From Hypanus sabinus (Eukaryota): a stretch of DNA of 64,000 nt. This document shows positions 28,701-48,605 of the stretch, piece by piece. The notes under the pieces are model-generated. The model searched no databases. It had not been told where the DNA came from and saw only the letters and a program-made list of their open reading frames with translations. Where the stretch lies: assembly GCF_030144855.1 (NCBI RefSeq), contig NC_082715.1, forward strand, positions 102,362,001-102,426,000. Reading direction: 5' to 3'. The translations under genes were made by a program, and so were the position numbers. The stretch's first letter is position 1, and each line of letters starts with the position of its first letter.

Positions 28701-31700
28701 CTGGTTGTGTGGGACCCAAGAGTCCTAGGTAATAGCAAGAAGAGGGCCTGGCCTGGGTGGTGGGGGACCTTATGATGGATACTGCTTTCTTGCACTGACT
28801 TTGGCCTGACGCTGATGGTATCGAATGACCATGGAATTGAACAGGTTTATCGCCAGAGTCAGTGGTGACAGGTAGAGCATGCCCAGAATCCAGTGCCAAC
28901 CAGAGACCCAGGATGCTGTTGAAGGGAGATGAAACAGCTGTGGCCATCCTGGGAATGGAGTGGAGTGAGGTGAGGGCTGGTGCTGAGGTCTATCAGTAAT
29001 GAGGACCTCAGGGGTCAGTAACCTTGAGATGTGAAGAGGTGATGATTGAGCAAGCTTAGGAGAGAAACTGGTGACTCTAGGGACAGGGCGTGGGTTGGAT
29101 CCTGGGAGATGCGACTTTGTGGCCAGGGATCATGGAGGAGGTCAAGATCTTACCAGGACTCAGAGAGCTGATCAGAAATTGAAGGGGTGACTGGAATTCA
29201 GAGGTGAGAGGTGTTAAGTAGAATTGTGGGGATTGATTGAGAGCCAGGTAGGTAATGACGACTTGGTATGATGACGGAGGGTTGGGCGGATTCCATTCCG
29301 AGTCTTAGGGTCAGCAATCATACATAATGGAAACTGGCCTTTCAACCGAGCTGCATCCACCACACATTTACACTAATCCTACTTTAATCCCTTATCTTGT
29401 TCTCCCCACATTCCCATCAGCACCCTCTTGGTCATACCACTCATGTAGACACCAGGGATAACTTACAAAGGCCAACAAAGCAAACAACCCGGCCATCTTT
29501 GGGACGTGGGAGGAAATCAGAGCACATGAATGCAAGCCGCATGTGCCACAGGATAAACAGATAGCGCCTGAGGCCAGGAATGAACTTGGGCTACTGGTGT
29601 TGTGAGATATGCTAAATAGAACATGGCAGAATGTGGATTCAATGAATAATAAATAAAAAACCATTAAAATTCCATGTAACAGGATGTTTTAGAACCAATG
29701 TTTACACCTGGGAATTAATCCTCATTTATTTAGGACTTTGATACTTAATGCAGCATCATTAAGACATTAAGACCACATGCGGTCAAACGCAATCACCTGA
29801 CTTTAAGTAGAAAATTATAGTTATGTTAATTAATATTCATAATTTCATTATAACTTTCTTTCACCTGGTCATTTGCTGAAATACACAAATGATTATTAAA
29901 TTACTTTTACAGATTGTTTAACACAGCTACAAATACATCACAATCTGAATCACCAACATACAACCTCAACAAGATAGGAAAGAAAAAATGCTTTAAACAA
30001 GTGTCTTGTTAGAAACTTACCCAAAGAGAATAGTGCAGCAACCGGAAATAAACATACCAGCTACAAACATAAATTTTGCACCAATTTGCACAATCTGCAG
30101 GGAAGAAAAAAACAAGTTAGCAGGTCATTCAAATGGTCAATTGAACAAAGGCTTATCATCTTATGTTTAAATGAACAATTACAGCCACAACATGAGCAGC
30201 TTTCAAACCATTGTTTAATGCTCAGGTTTTGTAAATTGCTAATCCCCAAATATAATTGTAATTGAATTATAATTATAGTAGCCTCCATTTCAACGAGAAG
30301 TATACCCATTAGTATATTCCTCAGCAATGCACAAAACTTTGGAATGACTCAGCAGGTCAGACAGCATTTATGGAGGGAAATGGACAGTTGACATTCCTCA
30401 CATTGGTTAACAATTGGCCAAGAGACTACTTTAAAATGCAATGGAATTAAATCAAGTTTCATAAACCTCTGGACTAGCAACTGCATCTTAACAGACAGCA
30501 TTAGGTCACATTTTTACCGCTTCACCTAGATTCTACAGTGTCTTACTATGATTCCCACTTGTAAGATAAATGGGAATTGATCATTTCCAAAAGCAATTAA
30601 GGAATCTTGCGCTCCATGTCCTTAGGTAGAAATGCTGCTTAGTCACTAGTATGTGCTCTAAAGGACACATTAACTTGTGAAACTAAAACCAATGTAACAG
30701 AAAATGTATTGTCTGGGGTGTGTACAGACAAGAAAGGGCTAATGTGTAATGCTTATAGGCAGCACTGAATTCTACTTGTTAGAACAATAGCTCTCCTAAG
30801 ATTTGGGAGATTTTTGGTTTATTGTTGTATTGGCTAAAATGTATTTAGACTGCTTCCTTATAGAGATAGCAGGAAATAAAGCAAATTTGCAGTGAATTAA
30901 GACATAATAATGTCTTATTTTCTACACCAGATTTTAAAATGTAACTATAGCCCTGGACAGATTTTATAGGACAACAAATAATGGCTGATGTTTCCCAACT
31001 TCATAAACATTGTAAAAGAGTATCATTATTCTAACATTCAATCAATCAAGACCACAGAAAAGTTAGCTGCAAGCCATAAAATCCCAGTGCATATCAATTT
31101 ACCAGAAAAAAATATTATACTTACATATTTTCCCATTATCAGTGAAAATATTAAATTGAATAAAGAAAAACAACCAAATATCATTCCAACAATACTGGCG
31201 CTAACTCCTTTAATTTCTGCCTGCAAAGAGAGGAAAGAATAAATTTATGATGCATGATTAATAAACTGCTGATTGTTATGGAGTATTTGCAATCTAACTG
31301 TAAATCTTTCCCACCCCTATCCATCTACAAAGATACTCATTTGCGACATGATGAACCTGATATTTGATAAGTAGGTCAATGAGATACATCTCACCATAGA
31401 CTAAGCTTTCTGCATCACCTCTAAATCAGATTCTCCATTCTCAGAAGTTCCTCCAAGGAGATCTTAGAATCTGATTTTTAAATATAACCATATCAATTTA
31501 AATAGCCTGAGCCAAATGATTCATAACATGCGTATTTGTTTCACTCCCAAGCGGAACGTTCAATCCCATATTCCACCTACAAAAAAAATCCCTACATATA
31601 ACATTGCCTACCTCAGCTCAGCTTTACCTCATCCACTACTCTAAACCTTAGTTTTGCTCATCATCTCCACGCTCCAATGCTCTGCCCACCATCCTCCAAA

Positions 31701-34700
31701 CCACTGACTGCCTGTAACGTGATGGCATTCAGGGCTGCAATGAAGGTCCTCCATCTCTGGCAGTGTTCAGGACTTCCTTCATCACATCAGTAGCTTCCCC
31801 TTGGTTTTCATTACTGTCAGTCATGCAAGTCCCAGTTGGAGCCTCAGGAATACTGTTGCACTCAGATATAAGGATTCTTCATTGCTGCTTCCATGACAAA
31901 TTTGTTTTACCAGTTAGATGTGTTAGCCCTGAACCTGGAAGACCATAGTCTGTCCTCTACCCTTTGACCTGTTTGGCATGGGTGACCCCACCAAGAGCCA
32001 AAGCATAAATCCCTGACTCTAGCCAACATAGCTCTGTGGGTCATTGAGGCTTGCAAGCCTCCAAACTGCGATCAGGTTGTGGTCCTCTTGGAGGTCCAAA
32101 CCTCTAGGACATCTAAACCTTCTGCAGGTGTACATAGACTTGTCAAAATCCCTGGCCTTGCTAAAGACAACACAGCACCCCTGGCCTTGCTGACTTAACA
32201 AGTCTCCACAGTCTTATATTATGCGATAGCCTGCTCCACTTTCATGACCATTCCTAAAATCCAACTCTGACCAAACTTATTATGTGTGGCACTTCCACCA
32301 CCCTTTCCATTTTTTGTATTAGTGGATTGCTTGTGTGATTCTTCTACATAAGTGGGCAAGCTCAGGTAACCCATGGGATTACTGATAAACACAAATTAAA
32401 CAGATAAGAACAATCTCCCTGAAATGGCTGGAGCAACAGAATAGTGGGAACAGGGCATAGACAGGATGGATAGTCAAAACTCTTTTTTTCCCTGGTTGAG
32501 GGAAAATAAACAAGGCATAGGTTAAGGAGGGAAGTAGCTTAAAGAGGATCTAAGGGCAAGTTTAAAAAAAATAAAACAGAGAGCAATTGATAGCTGGAAT
32601 GTGCTGGTGCAGGAGCTGATTGGATCAGATAGAATTTTTTTTAATGTTTAAGGGATAATTCGAAAGACACTTAAATAGGCAGGGCAATGAAGGGTACAGT
32701 CCTACTGTAGGGAAATGAGATTAGTGTAGATGACCTGAAAGGATAATGTGGGCCAAAGGGCCTACTTCTGGCCTGTATAACTAGCAGTCTGTATACATGA
32801 TTGAGCGCAACAAAGGTTCACCAGAACAATTTCTAAAATGGGGGCAGGTTTGTTTATTAAGCAGCCTGGACCCGTGCCCTCCAGAATTTAGAAGAATGAG
32901 AGACAATCTCATTAAAACATTAAATACTTAAAGTGCTCGACAGGAGAGATGCGGAGATGATCAATCATTCAGGACAAAGGATAGCAAATCTTGGAAACTT
33001 TTTAACCAAGGACACTCAATTACTGACTACTTTCAAGACCAAAGTTGATTTATAGTTACTAAAGGAAAGAAGAGATACGGAGTTAGTAAAGATGCTGAAG
33101 TAACGATCGGTCAAAATCTTTTTAAAAAGGTGGAGCAGGCTCGAGGAAATGAATGGCCTGTTCCGCTTTCTGATGTCCTTATGACACAAAATGATGCAGA
33201 AATGGTTATTATTATATTTTGGTCAAGAGAAAAAAATCTACTGCATAGCATTCAGCTCATGAATTTCCATGTAATATTATTCACATCAATAGTTATTAAA
33301 CCATTCCATGAGTGCAATATCCTTAAACTGTAAAGCCTATCGAGTCTATTGACCCAGCACTGCTTATCAAACTAACTCCAAGATCAAACTTTCTAAAGAT
33401 TCATGAATAGTTTTCACAAATGTTTTTTTTAAAATTACTATCTAAATGCTAATTACCTCTTTTGGAAAGAAAGGTCCTAGAATCGAATAACAAACCATGG
33501 AGCTGAAGTTTATTGATGCTGTAGATACCAGTGTGAAAATCTGAGATTTTGTCCATTTCGTTGACTCTTCCCTTGAATTCTCATTTTGATCACCTGTTAT
33601 GGAGATAAAGTAAGAGATTAACGTCAATTTCCACAAGCTGCACTGGATTATTGAAGATGTAGGCTTCATTTACTGAAGGCAACGGTGACAAAGAATCCTT
33701 AAAAAAGTGTAATGAAGATCAGCAAACAGTGAGCATTGACTTGAGTTGCAACAGACAATGGATGCTAGGATATGCAGCAAAAATAAAATTGCTAGAGGAA
33801 CTCAGCAGGTCATGTTGTATCTTCGGAGGCAAAGTGTGGTTAGGATCTGCATCAGGACTGACTGTATTGTACTAAGTAGGAATCAATAAGATCCAAGTTC
33901 CCCTTTTTAAAACATTTTTTTTCTCTGTGAAAACAGTTGACAAAGATAAATCAAACTGAGTAAAATTTGGAATAAAATGGACACTTCTGGTACAGTAAAA
34001 AAGGGAGCTCTGCATCAATCGGCAGTTATGTGAAAATTGTATTATGACAAGAGGGGTCTAGGGGTTGCATATGGAACCAACATTTAAAAAAAATATTATT
34101 TGTGTTAAGGAGCTGAACTGTGCAATGTCATTAAAAGACAGTATCCATATTCAGCTAGATTTTGTGGTATTTTAATAATTTAGTAATTTAATAATTTTAA
34201 TAATTCAAAGTCATGTAATTTTTTGCCATTTCTTATTCTTATCAAGTTTTTATATTATTGGGTGCATTGTTCACCCAGTTTTAAGAAATTTATAAACAGT
34301 GTTCTGAGTTCTGCTATTTTGTGACAAACTTTTATCAGGGTTCAAGCTAAAGTTACATCAGTAAGCTAAGGCCAGCACTTTCAAAAATGACTTTCAAAGT
34401 GTTAGGAGTTTTTCTTCACTATTAACTTCCAAATTTTTATTTACTGCACATTAACAAAACTTTGAGAGTCTCTTTCAAGTTTGGTGTACATAAATTAACG
34501 TAATACATGAGAAATACTCTTAGGGATATCAGTTTCTGGCTTCTTGCCCTGCTTTTCCAGTCCTGGTTAAAGGTCTTGGCCTGAAACGTCGACTGCTTAT
34601 TCATTTCCATAGATGCTGCCTGACCTGCTGAGGTCCTTCAACATCTTGTGGGTGTGTATCTATGGAAATACTGCTCAGCTTTCATGTTTATTTCAAGTAA

Positions 34701-36060
34701 ATTTATCCACAAATGATTTGATCACCCACATCCCCTGCTGCTGAGATCTCACGCGCCACCTCTTCTATGCCCTATTAATTTAAATAATTCCTGAAAATGA
34801 ATTAAGCTATAAAATAAAAGAACAGTTTAGAAATTAACACTTAGCTTTTAAGAGATGAATGGCAGCATTGGATACAGTGGGGCCCATTAACGTGCCTGCT
34901 GTAGCAGTGGGATTTCTGCTTCAGAAGTTGTTGTGGATCCAAACAAGACATTACAGTACCACTGCAATATTAACAACCTTCTGATCAAGTGGAAAAGTGC
35001 CCATATGCGTCCTGTCTGCTAAACACAGGAGAAATCCATTTTGGCTACTCAGCACCGACTACATCTCAAAATCTTCAGCAGTGTGGATGAGGCACTGCTG
35101 ACAGGTGGTTTGGTGATAAGTAATCGTTCTCAGAACCTGTCCTTCAAATTTAACACCCTCCTATTGTAAACAATAAACTATGGCTTGGAGATCAAAAATA
35201 CCCAATCCAGAATATGTAGCCATGGCCTAACATCACATTTTCACTGCTTGGAGCTTCACAAACAGGATAATTCAGAACCAGCCGTTGGAACGAATCCGAA
35301 GATGTTCAATGGAAGAGAATGGGAAGACCACAACCAGTAGGCACATGAAAATTGTCGAGGCATAGGAAACTGGTCAACAGAACTCTCTGCTGTCACTCAG
35401 TTCCAGGGTTAAATTCCGACCTGCACTTCTATCAATGCGGAGCCCGCACTTTTTCCAGGGTTCCAGAGTTTGAGGTAAAATCCCGATGTGGAGTCGCTTG
35501 TACGTCCTCCCCGTGGGATGCGTGGGTTTTCTCTAACTGCCTCGGTTTCTTCCCACAAATCAAAAACAGACTGGTCAGTAACGGTTACTGAAAATGCCCC
35601 GTGATTAAGCCAGGGTTAAATCGGGGTTACTGGGAGACACAGCTCAAAGGGCTGATTACACGCTGTATCGCTATCTTAATAAACAAAGCGAGTTTCCCAC
35701 CACATCCCTGAGACTTGGTTGTTTTCTCGATCGCTAAAGCCAATCACAATCAGCGCAGATGGGAACAGAACAGGGTGTGTATGTATCAGAGAGCTGGACG
35801 GAATAGCTTGCTGCTGAAGCAGAAAACATTCGGCTGGAGGATTTCACAGGATCGAACCGAATTCCGTGGGAGGAACCCCGGGTCACAGGCACAGACTCCA
35901 CACGGACAGTAGTTCAGGGCAGGGTTGAACCCAAGTCCCTACAATTCCTTCTCCGTGGTGCGGAAATAACTCCGAGTAAAAGGAAGAGAGCAGGCGAATT
36001 GAGAAGTTAGCAGCGGCAGAAGCCGGAGACAAAATTACCGCTGTCCGCTGGAGTTGCCAT
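7706..36060 (-). CDS. SLC18B1: SLC18B1, MFS-type vesicular polyamine transporter; complete gene with 14 coding exons: join(36060-36039,33593-33457,31220-31125,30094-30021,27395-27248,23278-23122,19284-19148,16567-16466,14960-14869,12339-12244,10671-10597,9286-9193,9058-9012,7760-7706); 1332 nt, 443 aa
   Basis: Spliced by hand. Every intron is GT..AG and the phases chain into one open frame. Peptides such as CYSILGPFFPKEAE, GAKFMFVAGMF, FPNNVATVLGSLEIFTGLG, GPPIGG and GFLDPTISLF match SLC18B1, and the gene is adjacent to RPS12 as in other vertebrates. Confidence 0.95.
9012..9058 (-). CDS. SLC18B1: SLC18B1 exon 13 (GTLLGVYFIIEKVCKR)
   Basis: Acceptor (ct)n-tag|, donor |gtttgt; 47 nt, phase 0 to 2 as the flanking exons require. 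Confidence 0.85.
9193..9286 (-). CDS. SLC18B1: SLC18B1 exon 12 (SFIGPTLGGFLYDRLNFEWAAAVQGGFPFVF)
   Basis: Acceptor accag|, donor |gtaagt; 94 nt. Confidence 0.95.
10597..10671 (-). CDS. SLC18B1: SLC18B1 exon 11 (ENGFEEGLGTLGLVSGLFGAFWCLG)
   Basis: Acceptor ctcag|, donor |gtatgt; 75 nt. Confidence 0.95.
10765..11343. mobile_element. Mariner-type foldback MITE with nested TIR copies and TA TSD
   Basis: TA-caaggggtgattgataagtt ... aacttatcaatcacccctcg-TA; the element is a long imperfect palindrome. Confidence 0.88.
11830..12100 (-). mobile_element. tRNA-derived SINE
   Basis: Reverse strand has an A box (tggccaagtggttaagg) and a B box (agttcaagcc), followed by ccttgagcaaagcacttaacc. Confidence 0.7.
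12244..12339 (-). CDS. SLC18B1: SLC18B1 exon 10 (QLWLFILMLVISG...PEIITCA)
   Basis: Acceptor ttgcag|, donor |gtaagt; 96 nt. Confidence 0.95.
14869..14960 (-). CDS. SLC18B1: SLC18B1 exon 9 (RIRTGLVLFG...LGPAPIFHIK)
   Basis: Acceptor ctccag|, donor |gtaggt; 92 nt. Confidence 0.93.
16466..16567 (-). CDS. SLC18B1: SLC18B1 exon 8 (FKLNTGSVGLVFLG...GFLSDKLP)
   Basis: Acceptor ctccag|, donor |gtaagt; 102 nt. Confidence 0.95.
17130..17660 (-). mobile_element. Rex1/Babar LINE 3' fragment
   Basis: ORF LY..RL..F.LSPKIL.DFYRC...ILTG..IAWYG. Confidence 0.75.
17670..18792 (-). mobile_element. CR1 LINE RT fragment(s)
   Basis: VTSGVPRGSVLG.LL..IFINDL...SKFADDTK; RGDLIEVYK. Confidence 0.9.
19148..19284 (-). 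CDS. SLC18B1: SLC18B1 exon 7 (...GFLDPTISLFVIDK)
   Basis: Acceptor ttcag|, donor |gtactt; 137 nt. Confidence 0.93.
19400..19851. mobile_element. Tigger/pogo-like MITE
   Basis: TA-caggtattcccc ... gggggaaacctg-TA. Confidence 0.7.
20113..22150 (-). mobile_element. L1-clade non-autonomous element: 5' UTR, frameshifted ORF1, ORF2 almost entirely deleted; 11-bp TSD
   Basis: ORF1p motifs (coiled coil; EIERAHR, PRSILIK.LRYQDKEKIL, FYPDIS); ORF2 start MTNLLNFLSFNVNGLN joined to C-terminal FLKIWRPY; ATTTGAATACT at 20102-20112 and 22151-22161. Confidence 0.9.
22543..22638. mobile_element. Short Tigger-like MITE
   Basis: TA-caggtaactc ... gggattgcctg-TA. Confidence 0.5.
23122..23278 (-). CDS. SLC18B1: SLC18B1 exon 6 (GSLEIFTGLGLSLGPPIGGYLYQLFGYQMPF...)
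   Basis: Acceptor cttag|, donor |gtaagg; 157 nt. Confidence 0.95.
23380..24160 (+). mobile_element. Rex1/Babar LINE fragment containing a nested foldback Penelope piece (23533-23721)
   Basis: FKLLGVHI...KAHQCLHFL.LKRAGL...CAVESIL..CITAWYGN. Confidence 0.75.
24170..25270 (-). mobile_element. Rex1/Babar LINE fragment with a nested tRNA-SINE (about 24250-24435)
   Basis: Reverse-strand Rex1 RT/3' sequence; A/B-box-like motifs in the insert. Confidence 0.65.
26770..27040 (-). mobile_element. HE1/V-SINE-like element; similar copies at about 29310-29610 (-), 35380-35690 (+), 42850-43160 (-), 51930-52170 (+), 63080-63410 (+)
   Basis: Shared core gtgggtttcctc...ttcctccca.a.ccaaaga with a tRNA-like head. 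Confidence 0.55.
27248..27395 (-). CDS. SLC18B1: SLC18B1 exon 5 (LLNLAPDGPIF...FPNNVATVL)
   Basis: Acceptor ttcag|, donor |gtaata; 148 nt. Confidence 0.95.
27950..28800. mobile_element. Nested Rex1/Babar 3' ends (plus copy about 28250-28700 inside a minus copy)
   Basis: Tail aataaacctgattctgattctga; similar to the reverse of 4968-5236. Confidence 0.65.
30021..30094 (-). CDS. SLC18B1: SLC18B1 exon 4 (IVQIGAKFMFVAGMFISGCCTILFG)
   Basis: Acceptor ctgcag|, donor |gtaagt; 74 nt. Confidence 0.95.
31125..31220 (-). CDS. SLC18B1: SLC18B1 exon 3 (AEIKGVSASIVGMIFG...MGKY)
   Basis: Acceptor ttgcag|, donor |gtaagt; 96 nt. Confidence 0.95.
33457..33593 (-). CDS. SLC18B1: SLC18B1 exon 2 (DQNENSREE...CYSILGPFFPKE)
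   Basis: Acceptor aacag|, donor |gtaatt; 137 nt. Confidence 0.93.
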
Positions 36061-36330
36061 GCCGGTGAACGGTGGTGGAAGCGACGAGCCGCGGGGGTTT
36101 CACGGACTCCCTCTGTGAGGGCCGCTGCCACAGACGCTGTGTCCCTCGCCGATCGGCGTCGGCCCGGCGTGAATGTAGATCCGAGCTGTTTCATTTGGCT
36201 TCTTTACCACAGCGCCTTGGACACCACCCCTCCCCGCAACCTATCGTGAGCTGCAGAAAGAATGAAGAGACCGGAAGCACCCTGACAGAATTCCGCAAGT
36301 GAAAGCTGGGAGCCTAATAAAGCGCTGCTC
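35850..36330 (-). promoter_or_regulatory. CpG island / promoter and first exon region of SLC18B1
   Basis: High CpG and GC density against a CpG-depleted background; surrounds the start codon. Confidence 0.7.
36039..36060 (-). CDS. SLC18B1: SLC18B1 coding exon 1 (MATPADS-G)
   Basis: ATG in strong context (ggcATGG) inside a CpG island; donor G|gtaatt in phase 1 joins in frame to exon 2. Confidence 0.8.
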
Positions 36331-36989
36331 GCAACTCCTCGTCTTCTCACACTGTGAAGGTTGCTTAAACTTCCCAATAAGCATGATTTCAACACTAGGT
36401 ACACCAGACTGTGGCGAGCAATACACGAGACAATCTGCAAATGCTGGAAATCCAAAGCAAAATACTGAACGTGGAGTAGTATAACTTATTGTTTTGGACG
36501 ACTCTCACCAGTTTGACGCTGAGCAGTGGTTGATTAGAGTCTCGGTGAAAATCTTCAGTTTTCATCACCATTTATTAAAGAAACCCTTCTGCACAGTCAT
36601 TCACAGGAGCGAGAGAGGCACAGAATTTTTTTTTGGAGGAGATATTCCTAGAATATGTTGCTACCTTTTGATCGGGACAATTGGAACTATTGAGAAAGCC
36701 AGGTGGAGCATGATTATTCCCCCACCGGCTGCACGCCTGTTTGTGTTTACTTAACATCTCCAGCCTTTTCTTGCCTAACAGTTTGATCCCCACAATCCAG
36801 AAGTAACAGGCAATGTGATCAATCAGTTTGAAGAGTTCTGAAGGAAAGCAATGGAATATTGAAAAACTGGAGTACGATTCACATTTCATTCATTGCACAC
36901 GAAGCAAAGTAGGGGTGCACCAACAGGATTAAATGAGAAGTTGAAATATCTCAAACAAGCCTAAAATGGAAAATAAATACTATTTGCAA

Positions 36990-38270
36990 GATCACATAAC
37001 TTTTAAAAATTCAATAGACTTTATTTCTTACATCCTTCACATACATGAGGAGTAAAAATCTTTGTTACATCTCCATCTAAATGTGCAATCATAGTAATTT
37101 ATAATAAATAGAACAGTCGATGCAACATAGAAATACACTCAAATCAGCGTGAGTTACTCAGTCTGATGGCCTGGTTGAAGAAGCTGTCCCGGAGCCTGTT
37201 GGTCCTGGTTTTTATGCTGCGGTATCGTTTCCCGGATGGTAACAGCTGGAATAGATTGTGGTAAAAAAGGAAATCAGATTCAACTCTTAGCATTTTCCAG
37301 CACAAGAGAGGTTGTTAAGTAATATTTATCTCCTAATACTCTATTAAAAACTTACTTGCTCCTGATTGAGCTGGGTTTGACATTTACATCAGGTTTTAAA
37401 ACAAAAGCAGTTGTAAAAATGCTCATGTTCACGACTTTATTATAGGACCAGGAAGACACATTCTGTGGGAGAAGCAGTGACTGGAACTTCTGGTTTCAGT
37501 CGAGCTCGCACTGACTGATGATTATGAGGCAATGAAGGGTCTCAGTCTGGCGTGTTGACTGTATTCCTCTCCATAGATGCTGCCTGACCTGCTGAGTTCC
37601 TCCAGGATTTTAGACTAGAAGATATATGAGCAGAATTAGGTTGTTTTTGCAAATTGAGTTACTCTGCCATTACATCATGTCTGATTATTCATCTTAGCCC
37701 CATTCTCCTACCTTCTCCTCGTAACCTTTGACACTCTTTCTAATTAAGAACCTATCAATCTCAACCTTGGATATACCCATTGACCTGGCCGCCACAGCAA
37801 TCTGTGACATTGAATTCTATGGATGCATCAATCACCCTCCAGCTATAGAAAGTCTTCTTCATCTCTGTTCTAAAGGGACATACTTCTATTTTGAGTCTGT
37901 GCTCTCTGGTCCTAGACCTCCTCACCATAGGGAACATCCTCTCCATGTCCACTCTATTTAGGCCTTTCAATATTTGATAGGTTTCCCCTCATTCTTCAAA
38001 TCTTCAGTGAGTACAGGCCCAGAGCCACCACACACTCCTGGTATTTCCGGGATTCTTCTCATGAGCTTCCTACAGACTGTCTCCAATACCAGCACATCCC
38101 TTCTTAGATAAGGGGCCCCAAAATTGCTGACAATACTCCAAGTGCGGTCTTATCATTATAAACCCTCAGCATTGCATTCTTGATTTTATATTCCAGTTTT
38201 CTCGAAATAAACGCTAACATTGCATTGCAAGATAACATTTAGGGAATCCTGCACGAGGTCTCCGAAGTCC
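36990..38270. mobile_element. Transposon cluster between the two promoters: Rex1 tail (about 37010-37260), Penelope tail (about 37530-37610), CR1 3' fragment on minus (about 37610-38270)
   Basis: MKGLNRVDMERMFPMV..SRTREHRLKI (CR1); atagatgctgcctgacctgctgagttcc (Penelope tail). Confidence 0.7.
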
Positions 38271-38559
38271 CTTTACAGAGCCGTTTTGTATGTTCCTATA
38301 AGTATTGAATTTTGTCTCAATTGAAACCATGAACTCTGGAGCAATAAAACGAGGTCCAATGATTTGCAAGTCTCAAAACTGCAGTACACTTGTAACATTT
38401 CGCCTGTGGTTAAATGTTGTAAATTTTGATGTCTTTCTCTTTCAACATCGGCGCTGCCCGACCCATCGAGCATTTTCTAACTGGATTTCCTATTTCCAGC
38501 CTCCGCTGAATTTCCCTCGGTGCAGATTTTCCAGTCAGCCGGGCAAGCTGTTTGGACGT

Positions 38560-38663
38560 CTATATACATGACGTAACGGAGCGGGGGGGGGGGCCTGCGC
38601 GCCTATATAAGCGATGACGTCACCGGCGCGCCCTCTCTGCCGCCATTGTACTGCGGGCTCCGG
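38560..38663 (+). promoter_or_regulatory. RPS12 core promoter and non-coding exon 1: CRE-like TGACGTAA 38569-38576, TATATAA 38604-38610, CRE TGACGTCA 38615-38622, TCT/5'TOP pyrimidine tract about 38631-38638, YY1-like GCCGCCATT, donor after 38663
   Basis: Motifs read directly. The TATA box sits about 29 nt upstream of the oligopyrimidine initiator typical of ribosomal protein genes; donor is cgg|gtgagt. Confidence 0.8.
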
Positions 38664-38816
38664 GTGAGTGAGGGCCGAGAAGCGAAGCGCCATCGCGGCC
38701 ATCCCGCGTCCCGCAGCTGCGCCTGGTCCGCCGCCCGCTCGGTCGCCCCCAGCGCCCTCAGCCTCTGGCTGTATTTCGGCATCCAACTGCAGTTTTCTGG
38801 GAAAATACGCCGCAGG

Positions 38817-47943
<9,127 letters not shown>

Positions 47944-47955
47944 AGCATTTTATTA

Positions 47956-47961
47956 AATAAA
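47956..47961 (+). terminator. RPS12 polyadenylation signal AATAAA
   Basis: Starts 13 nt after the stop codon; a very short 3' UTR is typical of ribosomal protein genes. Confidence 0.8.
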
Positions 47962-48605
47962 AAAAAATTAATATCATGAGTCCTTTTTGACTAAATGTCT
48001 GCCTATGTCTTAGTAGGTATATTAAATTCAACTGGTTTCATTTGTATTTTTCCTTTGTTTTTTCCCCTTGTCATGTGTTTTTGTTGATGGGGACTGACTT
48101 CACTCACATTCAAACATATGAAAAATACCACCCTAGCAAATCTGGAATACTGAAAATGCGGTGCAACCTTTTGTGATTTAACTGAGCCAGATTGAATCTG
48201 CAATTGGGAGATATAAAAGATTTTTATTCAATGTAGCAGATCTCTTCTAACCCATTGTTTTATAGTTCTGTGTACAAAGACTTGATAAACTGTAAACAGG
48301 AGAGTCTGCAGATGCTGGAAATTCAGACCATCACACATTACTGAAGGAAATCAGGTCAGTCAGCATCTATGAAAATGAATAGTCGATGTTTCGGGCCGAG
48401 ATCCTGCTTCATGGTTTCAATAGTTGTAATTGACTGCTGTAACTTTTGGAATTCAGCTGTATAACTGCAGGATTGCATATTTACAATCGTAGCACATCCT
48501 AGCCAGCAGAATCTCTTTGAAGGTTCAAAGGTCTGAGAGCCTCTGAGCATAAACTCAAGGCATATACAACTTTTGTTACAACATTGAGGGATGGTTCTCT
48601 GAATC

